From Eutreptiella sp. 'Long Island Sound 2002' (taxonomy: Eukaryota > Protista > Euglenida): a stretch of 64,000 nt of DNA. The translations under genes were made by a program, and so were the position numbers. The DNA lies in the NCBI GenBank assembly GCA_964036045.1, contig OZ038378.1, positions 194,246,001 through 194,310,000 on the forward strand. The letters are read 5' to 3'. The notes under the pieces were generated by a model, which was not told where the DNA came from, made no database searches, and saw nothing but the letters and a program-made list of their open reading frames with translations. Shown piece after piece: positions 34,360-47,419 of this stretch (its first letter is position 1; each line of letters starts with the position of its first letter).

Positions 34360-35723
34360 GGGGGAACGTTAGCGCGCCGGGCGCGCGCCGGGCATCTTTT
34401 TGGACCCGTGCCCCACCGGTGACCTTTTAGGGGGTGCGCTAAGGGGGCGCACTTAGGACAATCTTTGAATCCACGCTTCGTTGCGTGCTGCATCATGGTG
34501 ACCCCCGGCGTAGGTTTTGACTTCCGATTTTGTTCCCTTTGTTGGGGACCCCCGAGAATGCAGGGGTGATGTAGCATTTCCGCCCTCTTTTGGGCCCCAA
34601 CCGTCCGGTGCTATTGAGTCATTGTTTCGATTTTTCTTCTGGATGAAACACACCCCACCGGCAGAGAGCGGTGCTTTCATGTCTCACGCAGAAGGTTCGG
34701 AGGTTGCCTGGCGGCAGAGTGTTGCCCGTGCTCGCGAATACCTTAACCATGTTGTTCAAGAGATTCGATGGGCCGACAGGTTGAATCCTTTCAACCATTG
34801 TCCCCATTTTCCATTCTTTATGATGCATTTCACAGACTCCATGCCCATCAGTTCCATTGGCGGGATATGGAGTGCAGACCTGTGGAATCCTAAGTATGCG
34901 TCGCATGTTTACAAGGTCACTGTTGCCGTTGATATGTTGGGCAACATTGTATGGATTTGCCCCTTGGCCCCCGGGACATCAGCAGATGTTTTGATTTGGG
35001 ATGGGTACGGACCTTCTCGTACCCGAGGGGATTTCTTTGATTTTGAAGTTGGGGGCCATAATGGCGCTTATAAAGGCCGGATTCATGTCATTGTGCCATT
35101 CATTGGAAGAAAGAATGGCACTTTGACAGCCCGCCAACAAGGTTACAATGATGTCCATGGGTGGTACAGGGCACGCATTGAGCAGCTGTTTGCTCGGTTG
35201 TGGCATTGGGGTTTGGTTAGGAACATCTGGCGTGGCGGCCCCAATGAGTTGCACCAGCCAGTCCGCATTTTGTTGCATTTCACTCCGTTTTGCATCCGGA
35301 GGCAAGTCCGTCACCCCCCCTACGGACCATGGGAGCATGTCCCGCCTCAGGTTTGGACTGACCAAAGCAACTCGGCCGCCACGCAAGATGAGGCAGAGGA
35401 TGAGGCGGAAGTGTGTGTTTTGTGTTGCCAAAGGCGCTCCACCGTCGCAGTTTGTGATGAGTGTAAGGAGCAATATTGTAATGAATGTATTGACCCCCAC
35501 ACTTGTGGGACCAATGTTGTTTGTTAAGTGCAACACAAATGACAGTTGGAGTGGTTGAAGTCACAGATATTGCTTTATTTTGCAACGTGCTTTGTAGGGA
35601 AGGTGTGCAGTGCAATGTGGTCTACTTGGGGGGCTTCTCCATGGGAGGGTAAATCTGGGGCTGAAGTCGGGATAGTTAATACAAAAGTAGCGCGCCGGGC
35701 GCGCGCCGGGCAAACATTCCCCC
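34360..35723 (+). mobile_element. PIF/Harbinger-type DNA transposon, internally deleted, 1364 bp, TSD AAT
   Basis: GGGGGAACGTT...AACATTCCCCC termini; AAT at 34357-34359 and 35724-35726; empty site GTCCAATGTATC at about 15917. Confidence 0.92.
34613..35527 (+). pseudogene. Harbinger-type transposase lacking its N-terminus; first D (HFTDS) and E present, second D mutated to N
   Basis: IESLFRFFFWMKH...HFTDSMP...GHNGAY...RARIEQLF. The frame stays open back to 34517 within the 170-bp unit. Confidence 0.85.
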
Positions 35724-35992
35724 AATGTATCATGGGTCACACCACTAGGCACTTTGGAAGTGCACTCCAACCCTTTGACCGTGCACCCAATGAGGAAATC
35801 ATTGCACTGCAGTTGACAACCACCTTTCCTGGGCATGTCTCCAATATAAACCTGCAAGATCTGCCCCACCAAACTCAAGCCCCAACCTGCCCAAGAGCGA
35901 AATGCACACTTGAACAAGTACAGGAGATGGTGGCCGCTTTCAGCATATCCCTGAGTCCGAACCCAGATACAAGCCATGTTTTTTACGTGTTC

Positions 35993-36072
35993 GGGGGAGC
36001 GTTAGTGCGCCAGGCCCACGCCAGGCATCTTTTTTGACCCGTGCCCCACCGGTGACCTTTTAGGGGGTGCGC
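35993..36072 (+). mobile_element. Orphan transposon left end upstream of eIF4E copy 2
   Basis: Identical to 16189-16268. Confidence 0.8.
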
Positions 36073-36276
36073 ACTAAGTGCAGTGCGCGCGCAGTGCAAC
36101 TATTTGGACGTCTAGCCATCCTAGAACCCCATACTTTGTGATACCTGCAAGATCTGCCCCACCAAACTCAAGCCCCAACCTGCTCAAGAGCCAAATGCAC
36201 ACTTGAACAAGTACAGGAGACAAGGAGACAGTGGCCGCTTTCAGCATATCCCTGAGGCAAACCCCAGATACAAGCA

Positions 36277-37614
36277 ATGTTTTTTTCGTGTTGCATGCAA
36301 TTGTGGGTTGAACGAAGTTGCTGCACAACATTTGCACATGTTGTCTCCAGTTCTCATAAAAGCTTATTTCTTGACGCACCGATGTCGACTCGCTCAGCCA
36401 CGCATTCCATGGCCAGTGACCTCATGTTGGCACAAGAGTACTGTTTCTGGAGAGACAACTACGAGGTGGTGATTGTGAAGAATAGACGCCGAAAGTCGTC
36501 GCAGCGCACTGAGCTGGTGCAGTTGAATCGCGTCACCTCATGGGGCGCGTACCAAGCAAGCGTAATCATGCACATGGCCCAGACCCCACAGAACGGCAGT
36601 CTGCACATCTTTCGCAAGGGAATCACCCCAGAGTACGAAGATCCTTTGAATCGGAATGGCGGTCTCTTTAAGCTGACGTTTCAAGCCACAAGTTGTGCTG
36701 CGGATGCGTTCACAGCGCTGTGCGGTTCCTTCGTGCTGGGGCACCTCCCGAACCACGTGGCAGTGAATGGGGTAACATTTGCCAAAAAGGGGACGAGTTG
36801 TGGTCTGAAGGTGTGGGTTGGGAGCAGGGCCAAGCAGGTGGTGGCCCACGTTCAGGAGTGGTTCACGAAAGAATTGGATGGCTTCATCTTGTCCTGTCTG
36901 TTCTGCCCCATTGTGTCGCTGCTGACCTCCATTCAGAAGAAGCAAGCTGCACTGTGTGTGCCACCACAGCCCATCCAGCAACCACAAGGCCCAAACCCTA
37001 GAGACGCCATCGGGATCCTCAAGGTACCACCACCACCCCCAGTGATGATGCCCGCAGTCACCACCACAGGCAACATGGGAATCATCCCTTGGGACTTGGT
37101 GCAACAGCCGGATGTCGCTGGCAGCCCAAGCCTGTTTCTTCTCAACGAAGCATCGTTCTCGAGTGATGGTAGCGACCCTGACACGGCTGCGTCTGGTAGA
37201 TCCCTGGGATACAGCAGTCAGGCCTCCACTTCCGACGTCAATGACCGAGCACGCGATTCGCAGCTGTTGTCGCTGTCCCGAGACGAGTGTATACTGGAGC
37301 AGGCCGTTGAAGAATGTGTACAGGATGTCCAACAAATGGAGGCATCGGGTCCTCAGGTGCCTGCCGCGCTTTCAGTCGTCCACAATGTGTTTGAGGATGA
37401 TGCCATGAGGTGCCTGATGAGCAGGTCTCGGTACTCACAAGCCTGGGCTGTAGAAGCAGCGGACGCCGTGAGAAAGCGGCTGCAAGCCACCGCAGAGCGG
37501 TGCCGTGCATTTCCTCGCGATTTTATGGAAGTGCGGGTCGTGCAAACCTCTCCGCAAGCCCCATGCCGTACATGCTCTGACGATTCTGACGAATGTATGG
37601 GCAGATGGGGATAG
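36277..37614 (+). CDS. eIF4E: Atypical eIF4E-family protein, copy 2 (likely start 36382)
   Basis: 445-aa ORF that differs from copy 1 by only a few residues; same eIF4E motifs (PEYED). Confidence 0.88.
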   Translation: MFFSCCMQLWVERSCCTTFAHVVSSSHKSLFLDAPMSTRSATHSMASDLMLAQEYCFWRDNYEVVIVKNRRRKSSQRTELVQLNRVTSWGAYQASVIMHMAQTPQNGSLHIFRKGITPEYEDPLNRNGGLFKLTFQATSCAADAFTALCGSFVLGHLPNHVAVNGVTFAKKGTSCGLKVWVGSRAKQVVAHVQEWFTKELDGFILSCLFCPIVSLLTSIQKKQAALCVPPQPIQQPQGPNPRDAIGILKVPPPPPVMMPAVTTTGNMGIIPWDLVQQPDVAGSPSLFLLNEASFSSDGSDPDTAASGRSLGYSSQASTSDVNDRARDSQLLSLSRDECILEQAVEECVQDVQQMEASGPQVPAALSVVHNVFEDDAMRCLMSRSRYSQAWAVEAADAVRKRLQATAERCRAFPRDFMEVRVVQTSPQAPCRTCSDDSDECMGRWG

Positions 37615-37650
37615 TGCAAATCAGCGATGGATTTAATTTTGGCGCTACTC

Positions 37651-38227
37651 GGGGGTCCGGGTCCGGGGCCGGGGCCGGGGGGGGGGGGGGGGGGCGGTCA
37701 GTTTTTGTGACTGGTCACAAAAAACATACAGGGCCATAGTGAGAAAGTGCGGCCCCGAAAAAATATCGTGACCAAAAAGGTTGTCTTCGGTAGAATGTCT
37801 CCTGCGTCTGGCTGTAGTGCAAATTGACCGTGACTGTGTCTGCTTGCACTTTTGCTCCTCCTTTGCATCTATCAGTACCAGTTCATCTAGTGACAGTGGC
37901 AGCGATAGTGGCACTGGCAGCGACAGTGACAAGTGACAGTGATGGTAGCTGCAGGGAGCAAGACAATTTTGTCACTGTGAGTGATGATAGTGAATGACAT
38001 TGAGACATTGAATGACATTGAATGACGTTAACAATGTTGCATCCACAGGGCCCTATGCTTATCATGAGTGCTGTTGCATCCCCCCCCCCCCCCCATGTAC
38101 ATGTATGGGCTGAGGGCTGCCCCAAACCCCTGGTTTTAGGTCACCTTTTTTTGTGACCAGATATTGTGACCTTTTTCATGACCAAGGGGGGGGGGTTGGT
38201 GAGGGACCCCGGACCCCCCCCCCCCCC
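37651..38227. mobile_element. MITE-like element, copy 2
   Basis: Same termini and internal motifs as 17847-18418. Confidence 0.55.
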
Positions 38228-38886
38228 AGTTAGATCCAACCCTGGTGCAAATGCGGCTGCAAGCCTGTGGGCATATATGGGCCTGTGGGCATGTGCTGCT
38301 TTGCATGAAGGGGGCAGGTTTGTGCCTGTGGCATCGCTTGGCTTGAGGTACTGTTACACAATGTATGCATATCCTCTGTTGATGGCAACCACATGTTTCT
38401 CATGCATTGCAGGATGGCAATCCTTCCTTTTTGTGCACAAATGGTGCGAGACCACCATTGCCCCTGCACCATGCAAGGGGGGCAGCCAGCATCCTATTTT
38501 GTGGATGTTCCATCTGCTTTTGGACCGTGGCCCTGCCCTGACTGCCAAGCAGAAACCCGCCAGTGACCCTGATCCTGTGGAACCTGAACCCTTAAGGGTT
38601 CCGTTACAACAGCACCCTCAGCCGCAGGCAGGACGCACAAGGGATGTCCCAACTGGGCACTACTTCCACACGGCATCCCCCAAGCAAAGGGCAGCCGGGA
38701 GGATGTGGCGCCGCATTCGTGACAAGGGGAGCGGTATGTCTGCATCAATGAGGTCTGGAACACGGATTATACCCCGACCAGTGGGTTGACTGCCAGAGTC
38801 ACTCTGTTTTACAATAAAGGGCCTCCCTTTTCCTGCACTGAGCTGTAGACCAATACCGGTATCTTCTTGCATACACCTATAGATTC

Positions 38887-39389
38887 ATGCATAGGCGTTT
38901 TACAAAGTTGCCCCTGCAATTCTTATCACATCCTTTACGGTCAGCAGTGTCTCCACACGAGGCTGGCAGCTGCAAGGGACACACAACATTTGCACAAGCA
39001 CTGACGCTTTGGACGACCTTGCTTACACAAACGATCCCACAAAATTTGTTGGCTGATGTCAAAACCTTTACCAGCACCCCTCATGCCGCTTTCCTACAGG
39101 CACCATCCTGTATTGCAACACCCCCCAGCCACCCCCCTCGCCAGCCCCTACTGATACACTCCTAGCATGTTTATCAGATATCCTACAACAAATGCGGCGG
39201 CTTCACGTACCCAGTGAATCGTGGTCTCAGGGCTGGGTACTTGCTATCCACACAAGGGCATTGATTTTTCAAACGTTACAGTTGTTTGTCCACGTTGACG
39301 ATAATACTATTGTGGCTGCATCCCAGGCCCAGTTGCAAGCTGCCCTCTATACCGAGTGCATGTTTTGGACCCCCAAATATGAGCGCTGA
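38887..39389 (+). pseudogene. Non-LTR RT fragment, disrupted
   Basis: Near-identical to 19078-19580. Confidence 0.7.
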
Positions 39390-40042
39390 TTCTTGCACCG
39401 GAAAGGACATTCCATCCCAAATAGGACACTATTCCGTGCAGTTTGCGTCTCGTCCCGCCCCATTGGCTCCACGAGGCATGTATCACAGCATGCGCCTGGA
39501 AGTACAGGACTGCCATGGATCAACGTGCCCGCCCTGTGTGCAACTGCAACAGGGCCTGTGGTTCTGATGTCACTGTCCCTTCCCTCCACAGGCCTTGCCA
39601 TGCCTCAAATGCCCCTTACCCCGGGCCCGGGTGCCATCACACATGTCCCCCCCCCCCCCCCAATGCCCCACCAACCATAACCGTCTTGAAACAAGCACAT
39701 GGCTGTTGCATGGTTTGGAAGAGAAGGTCTGTCTGATCTGTGCGTTCGAACCTGATTGTGGTGGTGTTGATGGATCGCCTCGTTGGGCATATGGTTGAAT
39801 GATGAAATGTTTGTGTCTGCTGGTCAACAAGCTTTTAAATTCAAGGGAACACATCTCATAGGAGGATGGCTGAAGAAGTGGAAGCAGCACATATCGGGAG
39901 AGCTCCGACTGGTGCACTGAACACAGGATTGATGCCCTCCTCCTCCTCCAATGCCAAAGGGAGAGGGGGCTTCCTTTGCATCTCAGTTTTGCTCCGTCAC
40001 TGAGGATGACAAGTTGGCGCAGACCCCTTACCAAACTGTTAA

Positions 40043-40594
40043 ATGCCGAAAACACACACAGTATATGCTTTTTACAAAGTTGCCCCTGCAATTCTTATAA
40101 CATCCTTTATGGTCAGCAGTGTCTCCACACGAGGCTGGCAGCTGCAAGGGACACACAACATTTGCACAAGTACTGACGCTTTGGACGACCTTGCTTACAC
40201 AAGCGATCCCACAATATGTGTGTATTTGTTGGCTGATGTCAAAGCCTTTACCAGCACCCCTCATGCCGCTTTCCTACAGGCACCATCCTGTATTGCAACA
40301 CCCCCCAGCCACCCCCCTCGCCAGCCCCTACTGATGCACTCCTAGCATGTTTATCAGATATCCTACAACAAATGCAGCGGCTTCACGTACCCAGTGAACC
40401 GTGGTCTCAGGGCTGGGTACTTCCTATCCCACGCCCCATTCGCTTTGGCGCGCCTCACAAGGGCATTGATTTTTCAAACGTTACAGTTGTTTGTCCACGT
40501 TGACGACAATACTATTGTGGCTGCATCCCAGGCCCAGTTGCAAGCTGCCCTCTATACCGAGTGCATGTTTTGGACCCCCAAATATGAGCTCTGA
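40043..40594 (+). pseudogene. Non-LTR RT fragment with internal TAG
   Basis: LLMHS* here versus LLMHFQ in the open copies; RT motifs present. Confidence 0.72.
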
Positions 40595-40847
40595 TTCTTC
40601 TCACCCTCTACCTCTCCTCTGCTGCTGAATCATCTGAAAGGGACATTGCAATCCAATTGAAAACTGCTTCCTTCCCCTGCATCTGTGGGATCAGTATCCT
40701 GCTCAGCTTTGTGTGGTATGAAATGCACTTCAGCTTTCCCCACTGGGAAAGTGGACACTTGTGCAGTACTGCAGGCTTTGCATCAAGGAGTTGTCATGCT
40801 TTACCTTCCCTTCATCGGCATATGTTGGGGCGAGTCCGCGGGTGCTA

Positions 40848-41619
40848 GGACACCAACTACCCCTGCCGCCCCCACCTGCCCAACCCCCCCCCCCCCTGGC
40901 GCTTTTGGCCAGGCGCCTTTGGCCAACAGTTAGTGAAATAAGCCCTTTTTGAGCCCATTGCAAGCCATTTTGGCCACTCCAAAGTCACAAAACGCCTTGA
41001 AAATGGGCTGTTTTGGGACCAAAAATCAGTCAAAAATGGATCAAAAATGTGCTTTTCCAAAGATATATTTGGACCACTTGGGGTGCCTAAACAAGTGGAA
41101 TGAGCCCATTTTCAGACCATGATGAACCATTTTGGCCCCTCTCAAGGCCGAAAGGGCCTTGAATATGGGCCAATCTGGGACCACAAATGGCTCAAAAACA
41201 GGTCAAAACCATGGTTTTCCAAAAATAATCCTAGTCCAGTTGTGGTGCCCAAACGGATGAACACAGCTCGTTTTGAGCCCCTTTTGAGCTGCTCTCATCC
41301 ACTTTCCAGTGCGTACCTCATTTGTCGTTGAAGTCTCCTAGACGATGTTCCTTCCCCCACTAGCTCGGTCCCAATATTCAATCCTGGTATGGTTAGAGAG
41401 AGGGCAAGGGGAGGTAAGGGGAGCCTGTGATGGACCAACGCTTGGCCTTGGGGGCATGTACCCCCCAAATTGCCCCACCTGGACCCCCCTCCCCCAACCA
41501 ACCCTCCCGGACTCCCCCGCTCTTGGGCAAAAGCCCCCCCAGACCCCCCCACTCCCTAGCCCCCCCCCCCCCCCAGGGGGCCTCCTACCAACGGTTAGTT
41601 GGGGGGGTAGTTGGCATCC
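40848..41619. mobile_element. About 772-bp MITE-like TIR element, copy
   Basis: Same termini and interior as 21038-21813. Confidence 0.6.
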
Positions 41620-43554
41620 AGAACCGAGGGGTCCCCCCCCCGGGCCATTATGGGTGGCAAAGTGGTGGTGTAGCTGTAATTCCATGTCCTCTTGTGTTCT
41701 GGGGTGCATGCTGGCCTGTTGCTTTGTATTGTCATGTTTTGAGGCTCGGGTTGGGTTATGTTTGCAACATGTGTTCTGTGTTACATGCCTCGTGCTGACA
41801 CGGGCTGGTCCAAACACGGCGACCCCATGTTTCTGCATTTTTGCCCATTGAACTAGGACCCGACCTGTGTTAGGACAGTGGGTGGGGGTTACACTTGTGC
41901 ATGGCCAGAATTGACTGGGTTATCATGAGGGCCCCCATGTGCCTTGACCACAAATACCACCCAGCTCCCCCCTTGGGCCGAAATCCCAACCCCCAGCCCC
42001 CAATCCCTTGAAGGTTTACCAACCTGTGTCACAATTGCAATTGCCCTGCATGCATGCCATGCATGCCTGCCTGTGTTTTGCAAAACGTTCAGACTTTACA
42101 ATGTATCCTCCCATTCCGCCCCCCCCCACCCAAAAATATTAAAGCTAACAGAATTGCCCCCCCCTCCCCACGCCCCAGCAATCATTCTGCCAGCTTGCCG
42201 GGGTTTGTTGTGGCCCTCAGTCCCCATGTACTGTTGAATTTAGGTTAGAGGTCTTGGCGGACACCAGCGCCAGACTGTACATACGCAGATGTTTGACATT
42301 GATCTGGATCATCAGTGGAACTGCCGAACATTGCTGTATATGCATACCAGGACGTGCATGTGTGGAGCGCTTTGTTGACCTGCATGCGGCCCCTGCCCCA
42401 GCCGGAATGGACAATCATGCGCCCCCACCCCAGCCCCCCAAACAATATTCCCCTTCCCCCGGCCCGGAGCGGACAACCATGGCCCGGCCATTTTGGACCA
42501 AATCTTGGACCAAATCTTTTCTGCTCCAAGAGCACACTGGGAAGCCCACGGGCGTGGTGGTTCCTGCTGCATAACCTGGAGTCAGAGCCAGATCAGACTA
42601 GCGCAAGTGATGTTCCAGCCCCCTCCCCCCCCACCATCGTTTTCAAAGCACCTCTTCACCTTGACAACCCTAGAATGGTGCATTTCTGCAAACTGCAAAT
42701 TGTCATTTACTGCGTTAAATGATTGGTTTCCAGTGTGCACCTTCTCTGGTCTGTAATCCATTCAATGAGCCAGAAACTGTTTCTTCTGTCATTCCTGGGG
42801 TGCATAGTTTCTCTTCATTTCCATTGACATGCAAGTGTGCAGGCTCTTTGCAGGATGGTAATTCCACAACGTGCGTCAGAGCTTCCTCCACCTGTCAGTC
42901 CATTGTCGGGATGGTTCTGTGGGGAGTGAGTGAGCTCTTATATTATTTTTATTATTCTTATTGTCAGAAGTATAAGAACAATAATTACATGACATGGAGG
43001 CGTGCAGCAGACCCAATGACCAGAGAGCACAATGGGCAATCAAACGCCCACGCACATGAAGGACATAACCCCACCAGGGACGCCAGGAAAGTTTTTCCCG
43101 GTTTTCTCATGACAGAAAATTTCCACATCAACAGATTTCATTCCTCGTTGCCCCAGTGGCGTGGCAGTTTCTGATACTGCATGAGCAGATGACAGATTAC
43201 AGGTGAGCTTCAAGTATACGTCCCGCCACCACGGGTGGTATGCGGCCCAGGTACCGCACGGGACAACATATGTTGTACTTACACTGTCATTTCTGAACCG
43301 GCCCGTCTGGCTGAGCACTTACGAAGAACTTGTGAGTCTGAGCCAAAAAAAAATTACATTACATGGAGGCGTGCAGCCCTTTACGCCCCTGTGCTCTGCA
43401 CACATGCTACTGCCAAGCCCGTTGCTGAGGCTGCTGCCATCCCTTGTGCTGAACCCTCAGTCAAGGTGCAACCAAACCTGCCGCCAGGGTCGCAGGCAAG
43501 TCTGCAGCCAAGCCTGTGGCTGGAGAATTTTGCTATTTCGACTTATGCAGTGTC

Positions 43555-43682
43555 CTTTGTAGGGAAGGTTTGCGGTCCACTCTTGGTGGACTTGGGGGCT
43601 CTTCTAGAGGAGGGTAAATCCGGGTTGAAAGTCAGGATAGTTTCTACAAAAGTAGCGCGCCGGGCAAACACCCCCCCCCCCC
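43555..43682 (+). mobile_element. Orphan transposon right end
   Basis: Identical to 10239-10366. Confidence 0.75.
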
Positions 43683-46600
43683 TTTGGTGCCTCAGCGGTT
43701 TAAGGACTGGTCCAATAGGGGGCCAGTCTTCACACAAGCCTGCGTGTTGAGTTGTGGGATTGGGTTGTGCATGCATGTGTGCTTTTATGCATATTGTTAT
43801 CTGCTCCATTAGCTCGAGCTCCCCTGGTCTGTGATCAATTGGGACACGACTGGCACTTTCGATGGGCCTGGAACTGTTCCTTCCAATATTCCTGAGTTGC
43901 ATTATTCTTCTTCATTTGCATTTACATCTGAGTTGCTGTATTGGGTGAGCATGCGAATCAATGATTCAAATGTCGCATGTTCATTGGTGCTATTAGAGTT
44001 GTTGCCACATTGGGCTGTGGTTTTGGATTACCCTGTGCAAAGGGGTTTCATACTCATGTAAGTGCCTTTCCCTGAAGGGTGTGCCAAGAACACACATTGT
44101 AGGTGGGTTGGCATGGGCTCAAACCCACCTTCTCTGCTTCTTTTTATTATCACAAGATCTGTCAACAGCTCCAGCAGCAGCAAGCTTGGCAGCCATCTGT
44201 GATGTATGCAACGCCCTCATTCCCACATACCCGGAACAGAACTCAGGAGGAAGTTTGTGGGACGCCCTCAAGGCGTGTCAGTTGCATCCCGCTGCATCCC
44301 CTGGTGACAGTGTACAAGTCTCAAGTACACGTCCCACCATCCTCTGACGGCATGTGGGTCCTCCACACGGGATAATATATGTTGCATTTTAAGTGCCACA
44401 CAGAGCCGGTCCGTCTGACCGAGCACTTATGAGGCACGGGTAAATCTGAGCAAAAAGAAAGTACATGGAACAGAACTCAACTCCTGTAGATTTGATTCAC
44501 TCGCTCTTCTTTCAGAGGCTCATACCCTACCCCCTCCCTCGCGAGGACATTGTCTATGGCGGGGACATTCGGTCAATCAGAACCGACCATTGATCCCCTC
44601 GTGAGGACAGCACCCTTGTCAGAACAATATGGGGTGCTGTTTCTGCAACTTTTGAAACCATTGGCTTTCGTGGCCCCATTTTCTGGTTGTTTATGAGGTC
44701 AAGTTTTTTTTCTTTGATTTGAAGCAAGGAATAGTATTGATTGCTAGGGTGCCACTTGTTGCCCATAGGTAGGATACGTCTTGCCCCATTCTGCTCCTTG
44801 CTTCAGTGCAGAGAATGTATAATGCTTGTTTTTGAGGCCAATTCAGGGTCCGATTCTGATTTTCGTTCAGGGACAGACACCAGGTGTGATGGAGCCAGCT
44901 ATGATGAGGTTTCTGAATCAGGTTCTGTGTCCGATTCAAGTTCCTTGTCAAATGCATCTTCCATTTCTTTGAACAGCAGTGGTCAGGCCAGGTGTTCTGG
45001 AGGACAACGGAGGATGCTTTGCTTTGCTCTCATTGCTCATGTCCTAACGGCGCACTCAAACAGCGCCCTTGGCAGATCAGGAGGGCCATTTATTGTCATT
45101 TGGTAACTCTTTCTTTGCATACAAATACTTATTGCTCTGGTGTTGTGCAATGCCACATTTGTTGCTCGTTCTTTGGGGCAAAGAGAGTGCCTTCTTTCAT
45201 TTGTAATGACAAAATTGGAGGTGGCACCCAGGGGCACCACTGTTGGTTAGGGGGTCCATATAGAAGAAAAAAGTGGAATGCGACTTGCGTCCGAATTGAC
45301 GTATAGTAGCAGCTACAGGCGAACCAAGTTTGGCCCACCACAATGCTAGCGGACCCAGAGCGGTACTCTCAGGACCAATATGCATTGGCCAATGATTCAG
45401 CGTATGCTTGTGTCAGCGTATGCTTGCCTAATGCTTGCGGATATTTCGGTCCTGTAGCCACCAACTCATCCCGCAGCCATGCAATCACACTGAGATGCAA
45501 AACAATTGGTCTCAGAGATAACACCATTTGGCAGAGGGAGTGGTGATTGCACAAAGCAAACATTACATATGCTAAAAAGCTAGGGCAACCGTTACCACCC
45601 CCCACCCCCCCAACTGTGAGCACCAAAAGCGCTGAAAATGATGGAAACACCATCTCGCGCTCCAATTTTAAGCTGTCAACAAGAAGAGGTGCGTTCAAGA
45701 AAGTCCAAGAGCAGATGTCAAGAAGTTGGGAAGCGAATGATGGGATGTTGCATGTAGTTTGGAACAACCATTGGAGCATGGATCCTATGCTCTTGGCCGT
45801 CCCAACGCGCATCTTGTGGTGTGCAAACCCCTGAACAACCACCGCAGCAGCTAGGACCAACGGATTTACTCTAGTAGAAGAAAAAAGGGAGGCCCGCGTG
45901 ACCTTACATGCTATACCCTGACAACACCATCCTTTCTGTCCCTTGTACCTTCGATAATCCCACCAACAGGGGCATGGGGAAGGTCTCTCTTCAAGGTGCC
46001 TGGCCGAAGGCAATAGAACTTCTACAACCCCAGAGATCTACACTACTTCTCTTACGGCACCTTTTTTCGGTGGTGGTGTGCACTGTAAGGAGTACAGCTT
46101 CATGCCTGGTCATGGCCGTACCCCCCCTCCCCCTTGCGCAAGCACGGCCTTGTCTAAGCACAGAGTGGTGAGAACAGTGATTTCCTGCCGGTGGGATACC
46201 GGGGGTGACGGCCATCGTCGGATTATGGCTAAGCATAGAGTGGGCGTTGAAACGCTGTTTTTAGGAAATTTTGGGACCACTGTTTTTGTCGTCCCAGATG
46301 TAAGATGGGGTTTAAAACCATTCTACCGCACATTACAACCCGTGATTCTTAGCCAGTCCCGATATTCCCCTTCCACAGCCTGTCACTATCTGCATCTTCT
46401 GGAAATGGGCGGTCATGTGTGTTTGCCATCCTGTGTGTCGCACGCGAGCATAGTGTTGTCTAAGCACCCGGTGGGCGTTGAACCGCTGTTTAGCCTGGTT
46501 TTTTGGGACCACGGCTGTGCTTGCGCAGGGGGCGGGGGTTACATTCAACTAGAACCACTATCCTACAAGACCTTTGGGTATTTGGCCTACAGTCTGTAAT

Positions 46601-47135
46601 CCTGCTCCTTCGCGGGGCAATACATAGTTGATGGCTTAGCCGACATCAGTGGTCAGGGCTGTTTGCCACTCTAGCACGCGGCCATGGTGCAGCCCTAGTG
46701 TAGCAAGGAATCCCCACTGTTCGGGACTGTATGATGCCAATGTACAGGTCAAGCGTCAGATGATTTTGAAAATTGCACCACCTTGGAAAGCAGTTTTACG
46801 CTGCAGGTCTGTGGAACTTTCTGCGTTGGTTGCAGCCATGCATTGTTGCACATTGGTGTGTTGTCCAATGTATCATGGGTCACACCACTAGGCACTTTGG
46901 AAGTGCACTCCAACCCTTTGACCGTGCACCCAATGAGGAAATCATTGCACTGCAGTTGACAACCACCTTTCCTGGGCATTTCTCCAATATAAACCTGCAA
47001 GATCTGCCCCACCAAACTCAAGCCCCAACCTGCCCAAGAGCGAAATGCACACTTGAACAAGTACAGGAGACAGTGGCCGCTTTCAGCATATCCCTGAGTC
47101 CAAACCCAGATACAAGCCATGTTTTTTACGTGTTC

Positions 47136-47215
47136 GGGGGAGCGTTAGTGCGCCAGGCCCACGCCAGGCATCTTTTTTGACCCGTGCCCCACCGGTGACC
47201 TTTTAGGGGGTGCGC
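47136..47215 (+). mobile_element. Orphan transposon left end upstream of eIF4E copy 3
   Basis: Identical to 16189-16268. Confidence 0.8.
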
Positions 47216-47419
47216 ACTAAGTGCAGTGCGCGCGCAGTGCAACTATTTGGACATCTAGCCATCCTAGAACCCCATACTTTGTGATACCTGCAAGATCTGC
47301 CCCACCAAACTCAAGCCCCAACCTGCTCAAGAGCCAAATGCACACTTGAACAAGTACAGGAGGCAAGGAGACAGTGGCCGCTTTCAGCATATCCCTGAGG
47401 CAAACCCCAGATACAAGCA

